From a virus (taxonomy: Duplodnaviria; Caudoviricetes): a stretch of 54,131 nt of DNA. The position numbers and the translations under genes were made by a program. This document shows positions 1 to 7,902 of the stretch, piece after piece. The stretch's first letter is position 1. Each line of letters begins with the position of its first letter. Location of the stretch: positions 1-54,131 of the IMG/VR virus record IMGVR_UViG_3300022929_000037; one strand, given 5' to 3'. A model generated the notes under the pieces. That model ran no database searches and was not told the origin of the DNA. It was given only the letters and a program-made list of their open reading frames with translations.

Positions 1-75
1 AAGTTTGACTGGGGTGCTGACCCTGACTGCAAGATTTGTGAAGGTAACGGAACAGTAACGAGGTATGTAGACTAA
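1..75 (+). CDS. partial hypothetical protein ending in a CxxCxGxG zinc-finger motif
   Basis: Frame 1 reads KFDWGADPDCKICEGNGTVTRYVD-stop; TAATG overlap with next gene. Confidence 0.55.
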   Translation, partial: KFDWGADPDCKICEGNGTVTRYVD

Positions 76-485
76 TGGTAAATCTGATGATATCACGTAA
101 CAAGAACAAGGGTAAGACTATTATTGACTGGGACCTTAATGTCTACTGTCCAGAGCAATGGTATGGGGGTGAGTCCTACTGGGATCACGATCTCTGGAAG
201 ATCAATGCCCGCATATACAGGGACGAAGATATTCCTCTAGACACTGACTATACTATTACTCTGCTAGAGAAAGAAGCTAAGGCCATTGGTCTCGTTGACT
301 GGGGAAATAGTAGTCTAGACAGCGATGACTCTTTGGATGACTGGCTTGATGCTGGCCTAGATGGCTTTATTGACTTATATCACTTTAATGAGCTATACAG
401 AGACAAGTGCAGTAACAGAGTACTGGAGTTCCTGGACACACTGCCACGGTATCTTGAGGACGTGCCTGATCGGATGACGTGGTAA
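75..485 (+). CDS. hypothetical acidic protein
   Basis: 136 aa ORF coupled to upstream stop; no recognised motif. Confidence 0.6.
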   Translation: MVNLMISRNKNKGKTIIDWDLNVYCPEQWYGGESYWDHDLWKINARIYRDEDIPLDTDYTITLLEKEAKAIGLVDWGNSSLDSDDSLDDWLDAGLDGFIDLYHFNELYRDKCSNRVLEFLDTLPRYLEDVPDRMTW

Positions 486-595
486 ATAATTTAAATAGAC
501 TTGGCGGGTCGAGACTACTCCCCGTTGAGAGGACATCCTAGTTAGGGGTAGCTAGAGATGTTCAGGGGGTGTCAAGGGCTTTCCTACTTTCGCTC

Positions 596-624
596 TTGAC
601 ACCCTCACCAGATTTTGGTATAAT
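596..624 (+). promoter_or_regulatory. consensus sigma70/SigA promoter
   Basis: TTGACA 596-601, 17 bp spacer, TATAAT 619-624; AGGAG RBS before ATG 643. Confidence 0.85.
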
Positions 625-642
625 CTAGACAGGAGAATAATA

Positions 643-840
643 ATGAGAAGCAAGGAAGAAAAGATAGCAGAGAAGATAGCAGACAGCCTAGATAGTGTGA
701 CCCTGAATCTAGATGAGGTTGGCTATAACCTTGCTAGAGGAATGAATCTAACATACAACAGGTTACTACTTGTTATTGAGGCTATGGAAGCAGAGAAGGA
801 GGCAATCAGTGTCAGAGAATCTAACACCCCTCTCTTCTAG
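643..840 (+). CDS. hypothetical protein
   Basis: Promoter and AGGAG RBS upstream. Confidence 0.7.
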   Translation: MRSKEEKIAEKIADSLDSVTLNLDEVGYNLARGMNLTYNRLLLVIEAMEAEKEAISVRESNTPLF

Positions 841-1078
841 AGCACAGATTCTAGGAGACCTCTGGATGAATTACAGGGACGACGAAGAGTTCCTGGACTT
901 CATTGAGTATAACGACTTGGGTCTTCCACTAGCCTATGCACTAGCAAACGGCATTGTAGAGAAAGCAACGTCGGCAGCAGAGACTCTAATAGATGAGACG
1001 TTCGAGCTACTACTGGGTGCCTTAGAGATACCACAGGATGAGGGCTTCGAATCATTAGATGATTTACTAGAGATTTGA
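809..1078 (+). CDS. hypothetical acidic protein
   Basis: GTG 809 preceded by AAGGAGG; in frame with ORF 770..1078. Confidence 0.65.
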   Translation: MSENLTPLSSRAQILGDLWMNYRDDEEFLDFIEYNDLGLPLAYALANGIVEKATSAAETLIDETFELLLGALEIPQDEGFESLDDLLEI

Positions 1079-1225
1079 CATCTCTCCCCTTTGGGGGTAC
1101 CGATACACATCTACATACATTTGTCAAGTCTATTACGATAACAATGTTATTACGAAGGAGTATAAAAAACCGTGGAAGTTTTATTTAGGTTTACCTTATC
1201 ACTTAACAGTGTTATAATAGATAGT

Positions 1226-1369
1226 ATGCCAAGGAACTATTTCTTTCAAATGATCCATCCTGATATAGCAAAAGAATATCATGAGGAGCTATCGGCCTTT
1301 ATGCCTAATGTATATAAACGTATTACGAACCTATTTAAATTTACCGCCAATTGGAAGAAAGATAAATAA
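1226..1369 (+). CDS. small hypothetical protein, leaderless
   Basis: TATAAT 1213-1218, 7 nt, then ATG. Confidence 0.45.
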   Translation: MPRNYFFQMIHPDIAKEYHEELSAFMPNVYKRITNLFKFTANWKKDK

Positions 1370-1373
1370 TATT

Positions 1374-1502
1374 ATGAATGATAAAGATATAGACCAGATC
1401 ATTATGGGGGCATTTGTTAAAGCAAAGTGGCTACATAAGTATTTGCCATTTGAATTCAAAGCTAGATGGGATCAGTATAAGTCCCAGGGTATTACGAAGT
1501 AG
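1374..1502 (+). CDS. small hypothetical protein
   Basis: ATG 4 nt after preceding stop; 42 aa. Confidence 0.4.
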   Translation: MNDKDIDQIIMGAFVKAKWLHKYLPFEFKARWDQYKSQGITK

Positions 1503-2001
1503 TCTTTATAACCCCTATAGTAATAAACACCCTATATACAAATACCCTGCTTACATAATATCTATTGATTTAAAAAGACATTACGAACGAATGTGAAAAA
1601 TCGCTGAAAGTTTTATAATGTTTATCTGTTTTGATAGATATGGACAAATTAGATAGGGATTATACCTGATTTTGGCAAATATTTGATTACGGTTTTATAA
1701 CAATGTGTCCTATTATCCACTTCTCTCCACATCACTCCACTTATACATCAAAAAGCAATATGATCAGTAAGATATATATTGGTCTAAACAGCTATAGAAA
1801 TAGCTCTCAGAAGCTCTGTATTCAAATCTGCGGGGGTAATACATTCTCCTGATATGGTGTTATGGTCAAAGCCGTCTATGGTCATTCTATGGCTTATGAG
1901 ACCATATCTCTTTGATAATAAATCCTATAGCGACTATGGCAAAAGCAATCCCTATAAAAGGATATATTTCTATAGGGGCTGCTTCTACTATGGGTGATGT
2001 C

Positions 2002-2241
2002 TTAATCATTACCCTCGTCTATTGATGTGCTCAAACTAAATACCTGGCTCATTGAGATAAACTCAGCTGCCATTCCTTTAGTTACCAAGATTCCAGATTC
2101 AGATACCTCTAGGCTATCTACAGTCTCCTTGGTAAAGACAAGCCTGTTAATCTTGTTTTCGTTTGCTACTTCAACCTCATTTCCAAGGACCACAACTACT
2201 GGTTGTCCGTTTAGAAATGCTGTATTAAAATGATCGAACAT
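2002..2241 (-). CDS. hypothetical protein
   Basis: MFDHF start with AGGA RBS; the longer tracked N-terminus overlaps another small gene. Confidence 0.6.
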   Translation of the reverse strand: MFDHFNTAFLNGQPVVVVLGNEVEVANENKINRLVFTKETVDSLEVSESGILVTKGMAAEFISMSQVFSLSTSIDEGND

Positions 2242-2248
2242 TTGTTTC

Positions 2249-2374
2249 CTATCTCTTACGATTGCATTGTGGGCAGAAATAATGTAAGGCTCCACCCTCA
2301 ACCTTCATAACCATTGTAACATGGCAAGTGTTGCATACTGTATGTATTACTTTGCTAAAATTAATTTTATCCAT
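2249..2374 (-). CDS. 41 aa zinc-ribbon microprotein (not in ORF track)
   Basis: MDKINFSKVIHTVCNTCHVTMVMKVEGGALHYFCPQCNRKR; CxxC...CxxC; AAGGA RBS. Confidence 0.6.
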   Translation of the reverse strand: MDKINFSKVIHTVCNTCHVTMVMKVEGGALHYFCPQCNRKR

Positions 2375-2437
2375 TATATTCCTTCGTATTGGATTATATC
2401 AAGTGCTTGCACTTGGATTACTTCCTACCGCCGAACT

Positions 2438-2563
2438 TTACGCCGAAGCTTTATGTCCATTTATGCAAGTATAATTAAGTATTCCATTATATATCTGTCC
2501 AGCCATCAGGGCATTGCATTTCTCGCAATACCTTTTAGGCATCGACAAAATCTTATTCACCAT
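2438..2563 (-). CDS. 41 aa zinc-ribbon microprotein (not in ORF track)
   Basis: MVNKILSMPKRYCEKCNALMAGQIYNGILNYTCINGHKASA; CxxC...CxxxH. Confidence 0.55.
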   Translation of the reverse strand: MVNKILSMPKRYCEKCNALMAGQIYNGILNYTCINGHKASA

Positions 2564-2663
2564 TGCTCTTGTCTCTAAACTGCTCAGGTGGGTGAGGCTC
2601 CCAATCATCTTCTTCTATGTATTTGATAGGTAGCTCAATCTCTTCTTCTTCATACTGGGTCAT
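2553..2663 (-). CDS. 36 aa acidic microprotein (not in ORF track)
   Basis: MTQYEEEEIELPIKYIEEDDWEPHPPEQFRDKSNGE; fills gap between neighbours, overlapping both. Confidence 0.5.
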   Translation of the reverse strand: MTQYEEEEIELPIKYIEEDDWEPHPPEQFRDKSNGE

Positions 2664-2865
2664 GCTTTTCCCAATCTCCCTTATATCCGAAATTTAATCC
2701 GTGCTTCTCTGAGTATACACAAATCTCATCAGGCTCTAGATATCTTGTTTGTTTATCTGAAGTGATATGGAACATCTTTGTCCCTGCCTTTACCTGGATT
2801 TCTTTTTCCAGATCGTGCATTGATACCAGATAGGCATCAATCTTAGCTTTTACAATTTGTGACAT
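2650..2865 (-). CDS. hypothetical protein
   Basis: Downstream of TTGACG-17-TATAAT promoter (2927-2899) and GGAG. Confidence 0.6.
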   Translation of the reverse strand: MSQIVKAKIDAYLVSMHDLEKEIQVKAGTKMFHITSDKQTRYLEPDEICVYSEKHGLNFGYKGDWEKHDPV

Positions 2866-2958
2866 TCGCACTTACATCTTTCTCCAGTTGATAACTCTAT
2901 TATACAGGCTTCATGATATCCCGTCAAGCACCAACCAAAGCTAGTTGTGCCAGGAAGT

Positions 2959-3327
2959 TTAGAAGCCATCCTTAGCTAATTCTTCCTGCCACTGCTCTTC
3001 TGTCCATGGCTCAAAGTTGATTGGAGTCAGGTACTCTTTTACATTTTTCCAACGAAGATACTCGTTACCCTTACCTTCTTGCTCTGCCCACTTCATCTGC
3101 ATCTCAAGGATAGAGTGGATACGCTGTTGCTCGTATTCAAAACCTTTCTGGTAACCCTCTTCAAAGCCTGCTGTCTTACCATCCTCATAGAGGGTGCTCT
3201 CTGATTCAGCTATCTCGTATCCCTCATCATAGCCATCATCATAGCCAAGGGTAAAATACTCCTGGGCAAGGTCCTGCTGTTCTGGTGTAAGGTCGTCAAA
3301 CCCATCCATGTCCTCTACTGAAAGCAT
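2959..3327 (-). CDS. hypothetical acidic protein with GYxxG repeats
   Basis: GYDDGYDEGYE and GFEEGYQKGFE; AGGAG RBS before MLSVED. Confidence 0.65.
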   Translation of the reverse strand: MLSVEDMDGFDDLTPEQQDLAQEYFTLGYDDGYDEGYEIAESESTLYEDGKTAGFEEGYQKGFEYEQQRIHSILEMQMKWAEQEGKGNEYLRWKNVKEYLTPINFEPWTEEQWQEELAKDGF

Positions 3328-3512
3328 TATAGCTCTCCTATATCCCAAGACTGATCTTCAAACAGTCTTTCATAATACTTATAGTCATTGTGCTGGTTTC
3401 CATTATTTTCATCTGTAATAATCTTATTACGAAGGATCCTTAGAATCCTGATTCGTTCTGACTTTCTTCCGTCTTCAAATGCGACCTTTAGGTCATGTGC
3501 GTTGAAGGACAT
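3327..3512 (-). CDS. hypothetical protein
   Basis: AGGAG RBS before MSFNAH; TAATG coupling to next gene. Confidence 0.6.
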   Translation of the reverse strand: MSFNAHDLKVAFEDGRKSERIRILRILRNKIITDENNGNQHNDYKYYERLFEDQSWDIGEL

Positions 3513-3972
3513 TTCTCTCCTCATGTGTTGGCCAGAAGTACTGGCATTTGTCGCAACAGGGCTGTGCTATATCATTACGAAAAGCATCATAAAACTCTGG
3601 GTCTTTACGATACAGATTAGCTCTATGAGACTCTGTCACTCTGTCTATTTCTTTACGATACCATTTGGGCATACCATTACCCCAGTTCTTAATTGTAGCA
3701 GAACGTAGGGTAATTAGATTACTCATGTTCTTATCTACTTTGATACCACGAATGCGAGCCTGAGCTACCATTGCCATGATATACTCAAACAACGCTGTCT
3801 CATGTCCCTCCCACATCTTGGCTGCTGGGTGATTACGCCAAGCAGCACGTGGGTCTGGGTTATTAAGAACCTTAAGGATTTGGTATCCCTCCAGGATTTG
3901 TTTGTTTAATCGCTTGTTGTCCAGCACCTTTGCTGAGCGATTAAAGTCTTTGTATGGTAAGAATGTTTGCAT
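3493..3972 (-). CDS. pyrimidine dimer DNA glycosylase / endonuclease V-like (MSMEG_6728 family)
   Basis: MQTFLPY, LDNKRLNKQILEGYQIL, WRNHPAAKMW, SHRANLYRKDP, YFWP motifs. Confidence 0.85.
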   Translation of the reverse strand: MQTFLPYKDFNRSAKVLDNKRLNKQILEGYQILKVLNNPDPRAAWRNHPAAKMWEGHETALFEYIMAMVAQARIRGIKVDKNMSNLITLRSATIKNWGNGMPKWYRKEIDRVTESHRANLYRKDPEFYDAFRNDIAQPCCDKCQYFWPTHEERNVLQRT

Positions 3973-4026
3973 GACTATATTTTACACAAAACATGTCTAT
4001 CTGTCAAGTATGTTATAATAAAAATC

Positions 4027-4293
4027 ATGGTAAAAGAATTAATTCACTTTACGATGCCAAACTCTACAGTTTGTGAGTCTATGGAGCCAGTGATCAAAAA
4101 GGTTATGGCTAATAATCCAGACCTACACTACGTCAGAATTGATGTTACGGTTGAGCACGAGCTCTACGATTACTACTCACAAAAATACCCAATTAACTAC
4201 TGCCCTTCATTTCTTGGAATTGTAGACGGCAAGGTTCAGGACGGTCATGTTGGAGAAGCAACGGAGCTTATCCTAGAATCGCTCTTTAGCTAA
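4027..4293 (+). CDS. thioredoxin-like protein with SxxC site
   Basis: FTMPNSTVCESMEP, RIDV, CPSF cis-Pro loop, DGK; TATAAT 7 nt upstream of ATG 4027. Confidence 0.7.
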   Translation: MVKELIHFTMPNSTVCESMEPVIKKVMANNPDLHYVRIDVTVEHELYDYYSQKYPINYCPSFLGIVDGKVQDGHVGEATELILESLFS

Positions 4294-4428
4294 TGGATAC
4301 TAAGTTTAGATATATTATTTTTGAAGATAACATCTACCAGATAACTGTAGATGATTACGATGGTAACCCCTACACCTTTGAGGTTTCTGGGGAGGAAATA
4401 GCAGCCCACTTTAGAAGAGAAAAGCTGC

Positions 4429-4457
4429 TTGACAGGCAAATGGAGGACCTGTATAAT
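4429..4457 (+). promoter_or_regulatory. consensus promoter for a leaderless mRNA
   Basis: TTGACA 4429-4434, 17 bp, TATAAT 4452-4457, ATG 4465. Confidence 0.85.
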
Positions 4458-4464
4458 GGACAGT

Positions 4465-4629
4465 ATGAATGATAATATTGATGATAACAAAAAGATGATT
4501 GACGCTGCCCTTGAGGACTTACAAAAGTTTTTGGCAAATGCTGGTAGAAACACTACTGAGGGAGAAGTTACTGCGTGGCAGCAAGGTTACATTGCTGGCA
4601 TAAACCGTGCTACGGGCGTGAGTCTCTAG
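4465..4629 (+). CDS. hypothetical protein
   Basis: Leaderless start at consensus promoter. Confidence 0.6.
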   Translation: MNDNIDDNKKMIDAALEDLQKFLANAGRNTTEGEVTAWQQGYIAGINRATGVSL

Positions 4630-4819
4630 GTTCTATAGAAGCAGTTTCGTGACAAGAGTAGCAGTAGTGGGTGGGGCTATCTGCAACAACGGTGCAACCG
4701 CCTAGTGCGACCACGTCTTGTCTTGCAAGATCAACCATTTCTGGCGTAGGGTAGCCATATATAATTGGTGCCATATTGGTGTCTCCACAAGCAGGGCATA
4801 CTATTCCATGATAATCCAT
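4610..4819 (-). CDS. zinc-ribbon protein
   Basis: CPACG...IIYGYP...LGGC...CYSC; TATAAT 7 nt upstream. Confidence 0.7.
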   Translation of the reverse strand: MDYHGIVCPACGDTNMAPIIYGYPTPEMVDLARQDVVALGGCTVVADSPTHYCYSCHETASIEPRDSRP

Positions 4820-4850
4820 ATACTTTATTATAACATAGGTATAATAGTAT

Positions 4851-4952
4851 ATGCTACCGATTTACTTCGAATGCCCCGATTGTGACCAAGTATTTTCTGG
4901 AGACACAATTGAAGAGATATTGGTTAAACTGTCAACTCATCACTGTAACTAA
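4851..4952 (+). CDS. 33 aa zinc-finger microprotein (not in ORF track)
   Basis: MLPIYFECPDCDQVFSGDTIEEILVKLSTHHCN; TATAAT 4840-4845 just upstream. Confidence 0.55.
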   Translation: MLPIYFECPDCDQVFSGDTIEEILVKLSTHHCN

Positions 4953-4975
4953 GCAAAATAGTATATAATATACTG

Positions 4976-5662
4976 ATGCAAGAAACTTTAATTACTTTAC
5001 TTGACAATGAGTTTGTTAAAATAAGTTACTTTGATAAAAAATCAGACGACGTTGTCCTGTCATTTTCTAGCACTCCAAGGCTGGCCCAGGGAGAAGAGAT
5101 TGCTGAAGAGCAGTTTGTTGGAACTCTCAGCAATAACAATGTAACTGGCATTTTTATCATAGACAAGCAGTCCTCTTATGGCAACAAGATTAACTTTGGA
5201 GAAATTGCTGCTACCATAGCTCCCATTATTATTAATGCAGAGAGGGTCCACGCTGTTGGGTATTGCATGGGTGGTTTTTTGGCAATACTAATGTCTAAAG
5301 TAATTAGCCTACACTCTGTTGTTGCCATTACCCCGCAGTGGAGTATTCACCCAGACATCCTGCCTGAGTCTAGCTACCTAAGAGAATTTACAAATCGTAT
5401 AGATAGCTGGGAGGTCATAAGTTTAGAGAACAGCTTTAATGATACAACGAAATATTTTATATTTAATAGTAATGATGTTGACGATCAGTATCAAATTCAA
5501 TTTTTCCCAGAACAAGAAAACCTAGAGATCTTTGAGTTTGGTCCAGCCACGGGTCACGACCTGCCAGAGGCTCTGGGTGGCAAGCTAGAAGAATTAATGT
5601 TTGCGTGTATTAATGATAACCCTAAAATGGTAGAAGATTTTATAGACTCTTATTATAAATAA
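4976..5662 (+). CDS. alpha/beta hydrolase fold protein with Cys nucleophile elbow
   Basis: VGYCMGG elbow, C-terminal GHDL. Confidence 0.6.
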   Translation: MQETLITLLDNEFVKISYFDKKSDDVVLSFSSTPRLAQGEEIAEEQFVGTLSNNNVTGIFIIDKQSSYGNKINFGEIAATIAPIIINAERVHAVGYCMGGFLAILMSKVISLHSVVAITPQWSIHPDILPESSYLREFTNRIDSWEVISLENSFNDTTKYFIFNSNDVDDQYQIQFFPEQENLEIFEFGPATGHDLPEALGGKLEELMFACINDNPKMVEDFIDSYYK

Positions 5663-6560
5663 TATTATTATAATAATTTCTTGCAATGATGTATTTGTCT
5701 TCCTGGCCCTGAAGTGACCAGAACTCTTCTGGTGTCATCTCAGCATCTTTAATTGCATACTTAGAGTAATCATTATAAATAATTGCTAGGGATAACTCGT
5801 GCCATGTTGCTGGATGCTCTGTTACGGCTGCAGATTTAAAACGATTCTGTTTATCTTCTACACCTTTCCAGTTAGTAAGCTGGTATTGCTGATCTGCCTG
5901 CCAGGTTATTTTTTTATTGAGCTGAAAAACTCTATACCCCGACATCAATAGTCTAAAGGATATCATAAAAATTTCTAGTGAGGTTTGTGAATATGGGTCT
6001 AATCCTACAAGCTCTATAAATGATTTAGGAAAAAGCATTTGTCCTGCTCTAGCAAAATAAATCTCGTGATATTCTGAGTAAGATTTTGACTTACCATTTA
6101 TTGGTTTTGGATGAACAATAGAATAATCATTCACAGGATAATCTTCTAGAACCATATCCCAACTTGATGTCATTATGCCATCTTCATACGGCTCAAGGGG
6201 CAGGATTGCTACCTTGTCTGTTCGATATCTGCCAGATATCTCTTTATAGGCTTTTATAAGAGTAGAGTCCCAGCCAGGTGCAAACTGATAATGAGAGTCA
6301 AGCTGCAAGTAAAAGTCTTCTCCCTGGTAAAGCTCCTTTGAAATGTTATATCTAACCTTTACAATTCCTGGACGAGTATCTGGGTGGTAGCTTATGGTCC
6401 TTACATTACTAAATTCAGACAGGTCTGGCTCTTCGTAATACTGAAGGGCAACCCCAAAGGTAATTCTTTCTGGCTTTATTGCATTATAAAGGGCAGACTT
6501 TATTGTGTCAATTAGTTGAGGATCATTGTAGGCTGCAATTGATATGAATATTGTTTTCAT
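5640..6560 (-). CDS. GT60-like (Skp1 Gnt1-type) GlcNAc transferase
   Basis: TIFISIAAYNDPQLIDTI, PERITFGV, FYLQLDSHYQFAPGWD. Confidence 0.75.
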   Translation of the reverse strand: MKTIFISIAAYNDPQLIDTIKSALYNAIKPERITFGVALQYYEEPDLSEFSNVRTISYHPDTRPGIVKVRYNISKELYQGEDFYLQLDSHYQFAPGWDSTLIKAYKEISGRYRTDKVAILPLEPYEDGIMTSSWDMVLEDYPVNDYSIVHPKPINGKSKSYSEYHEIYFARAGQMLFPKSFIELVGLDPYSQTSLEIFMISFRLLMSGYRVFQLNKKITWQADQQYQLTNWKGVEDKQNRFKSAAVTEHPATWHELSLAIIYNDYSKYAIKDAEMTPEEFWSLQGQEDKYIIARNYYNNIIYNKSL

Positions 6561-6561
6561 T

Positions 6562-7200
6562 TTACTCAAAGAACAACACGTCTGACGGGTTCTTCCCCTC
6601 TTCGCTAGGCACATACTCTAGAGTATCTTCTACATCAAACTGAAAAAACATAGGCATTGTATATCTGTGACCCGACTTTAGCTCTAGAATTTGGTGACGG
6701 TATCTGCTTGGAAACAAAAGCATGTCTCCAGCTTTAGGCTTTATCGTTAAATCAAACTCTGGAAATGATATCTCTCCACCCGAATAGTCGTCAGTAAGGT
6801 AGGATAGTGATGTGATATTATACTGATAGAATCTTTCTACAATGGCTGGTCCCCCAGAGGGAGTCTCTGAGTCGCTATGTACAGGCATTGAGCTACCAGT
6901 AAGCATGCCCCATTTTGTTAGGTGAGCTGGATTACGTGTGTATCCTTTAAACGGAATACCATACTTTTCTCCATAGTGCATAAGCACTTCAGCCATGGCG
7001 GCATTTTCGTAAAAAATTAGCAGAGCTCGTATTTCATGGTCAACATCCTCTTGTTTAAAGGTGCCATCATCATCAAGACTATCTAAATAATTAACAAATG
7101 TCTCTATATCTTTAGGGTGGACAAAGTTTTTTAGATGTGTAATCCCATCTTTAGAGTAGCCAATTTTATTATACTGCTCCATATAATTTTCATAGCTCAT
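6562..7200 (-). CDS. 2OG-Fe(II) oxygenase, prolyl-4-hydroxylase-like
   Basis: HSD, YLTDDYSGGEISF, KPKAGDMLLFPS, H, G-x-RY. Confidence 0.85.
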   Translation of the reverse strand: MSYENYMEQYNKIGYSKDGITHLKNFVHPKDIETFVNYLDSLDDDGTFKQEDVDHEIRALLIFYENAAMAEVLMHYGEKYGIPFKGYTRNPAHLTKWGMLTGSSMPVHSDSETPSGGPAIVERFYQYNITSLSYLTDDYSGGEISFPEFDLTIKPKAGDMLLFPSRYRHQILELKSGHRYTMPMFFQFDVEDTLEYVPSEEGKNPSDVLFFE

Positions 7201-7212
7201 AAGTCTATTATA

Positions 7213-7902
7213 TCATTCCTCATAGAGCATGTTGATGGTTTCGGGGAATGCTTCTTTAGTTAGTTTAAGAACTGCCTTTGCATACTCTTGGATTTCCCAC
7301 TGTGCGTCATGCTCAATACGCTGGTCAAGGAACGTAAGGATGCCCTGGAGCGAGACAGTCCACCTCCAACGCACATACATTCCATAAGCAGGCAGGAATA
7401 GCCTAGCGATCTCTGGTGCAATGCCGTCGTCCATTGCTTCGTGGTAGACCTGTGTGCCAGCCACGACAAGCTCACAAAGCTGCTCAAAATACTTCTGGCC
7501 AATCTCTATATCTACTGGCTCTCCAGAACCCTGCTTGCTGTTTTCTGGCTTGCTACGCCATTCATGTGGTAGTGGTATATAAAACTTCTCATCTTCAGTA
7601 ATGTAACGCCTAGAAGATTCATTCCAGCCATTCTGCTCATCTACATGCGTAGAGGCTACTGCATACTTCCACCATTGCCTTGCAACAAATAGTGGAGCAT
7701 AGACCTCGAAGGTAGCTGCTGCATGTCTGAAAGGACTTGTGTGCTGTTCTCTCAGCAAAAACTTTAATAGTTTTGCATCTCTTTCCTCAAACTCGCTTTT
7801 CTCCTTATCGTAAGACACCCTGGCAGCATTTACTACCGCCAGATCGTCTCCTAGCGTGTCTACGAGGCGTACGTAGCCCTCATCTAGAACATTCTCTTTC
7901 AA
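7213..7902 (-). CDS. thyX: FAD-dependent thymidylate synthase
   Basis: VNAARVSY, HTSPF, PLFVARQW, NESSRRY, ARLFLP, AQWEIQEYA. Confidence 0.9.
   Translation of the reverse strand: MKENVLDEGYVRLVDTLGDDLAVVNAARVSYDKEKSEFEERDAKLLKFLLREQHTSPFRHAAATFEVYAPLFVARQWWKYAVASTHVDEQNGWNESSRRYITEDEKFYIPLPHEWRSKPENSKQGSGEPVDIEIGQKYFEQLCELVVAGTQVYHEAMDDGIAPEIARLFLPAYGMYVRWRWTVSLQGILTFLDQRIEHDAQWEIQEYAKAVLKLTKEAFPETINMLYEE

Noticed and set aside
2429-2449. Tandem TTCGGCG repeat on the minus strand
   Set aside because: Only two short copies; insufficient support for any function.
7213-7902. ThyX lacking the RHR motif as a base-modifying enzyme
   Set aside because: All other ThyX motifs are intact and nothing in the sequence supports altered chemistry.
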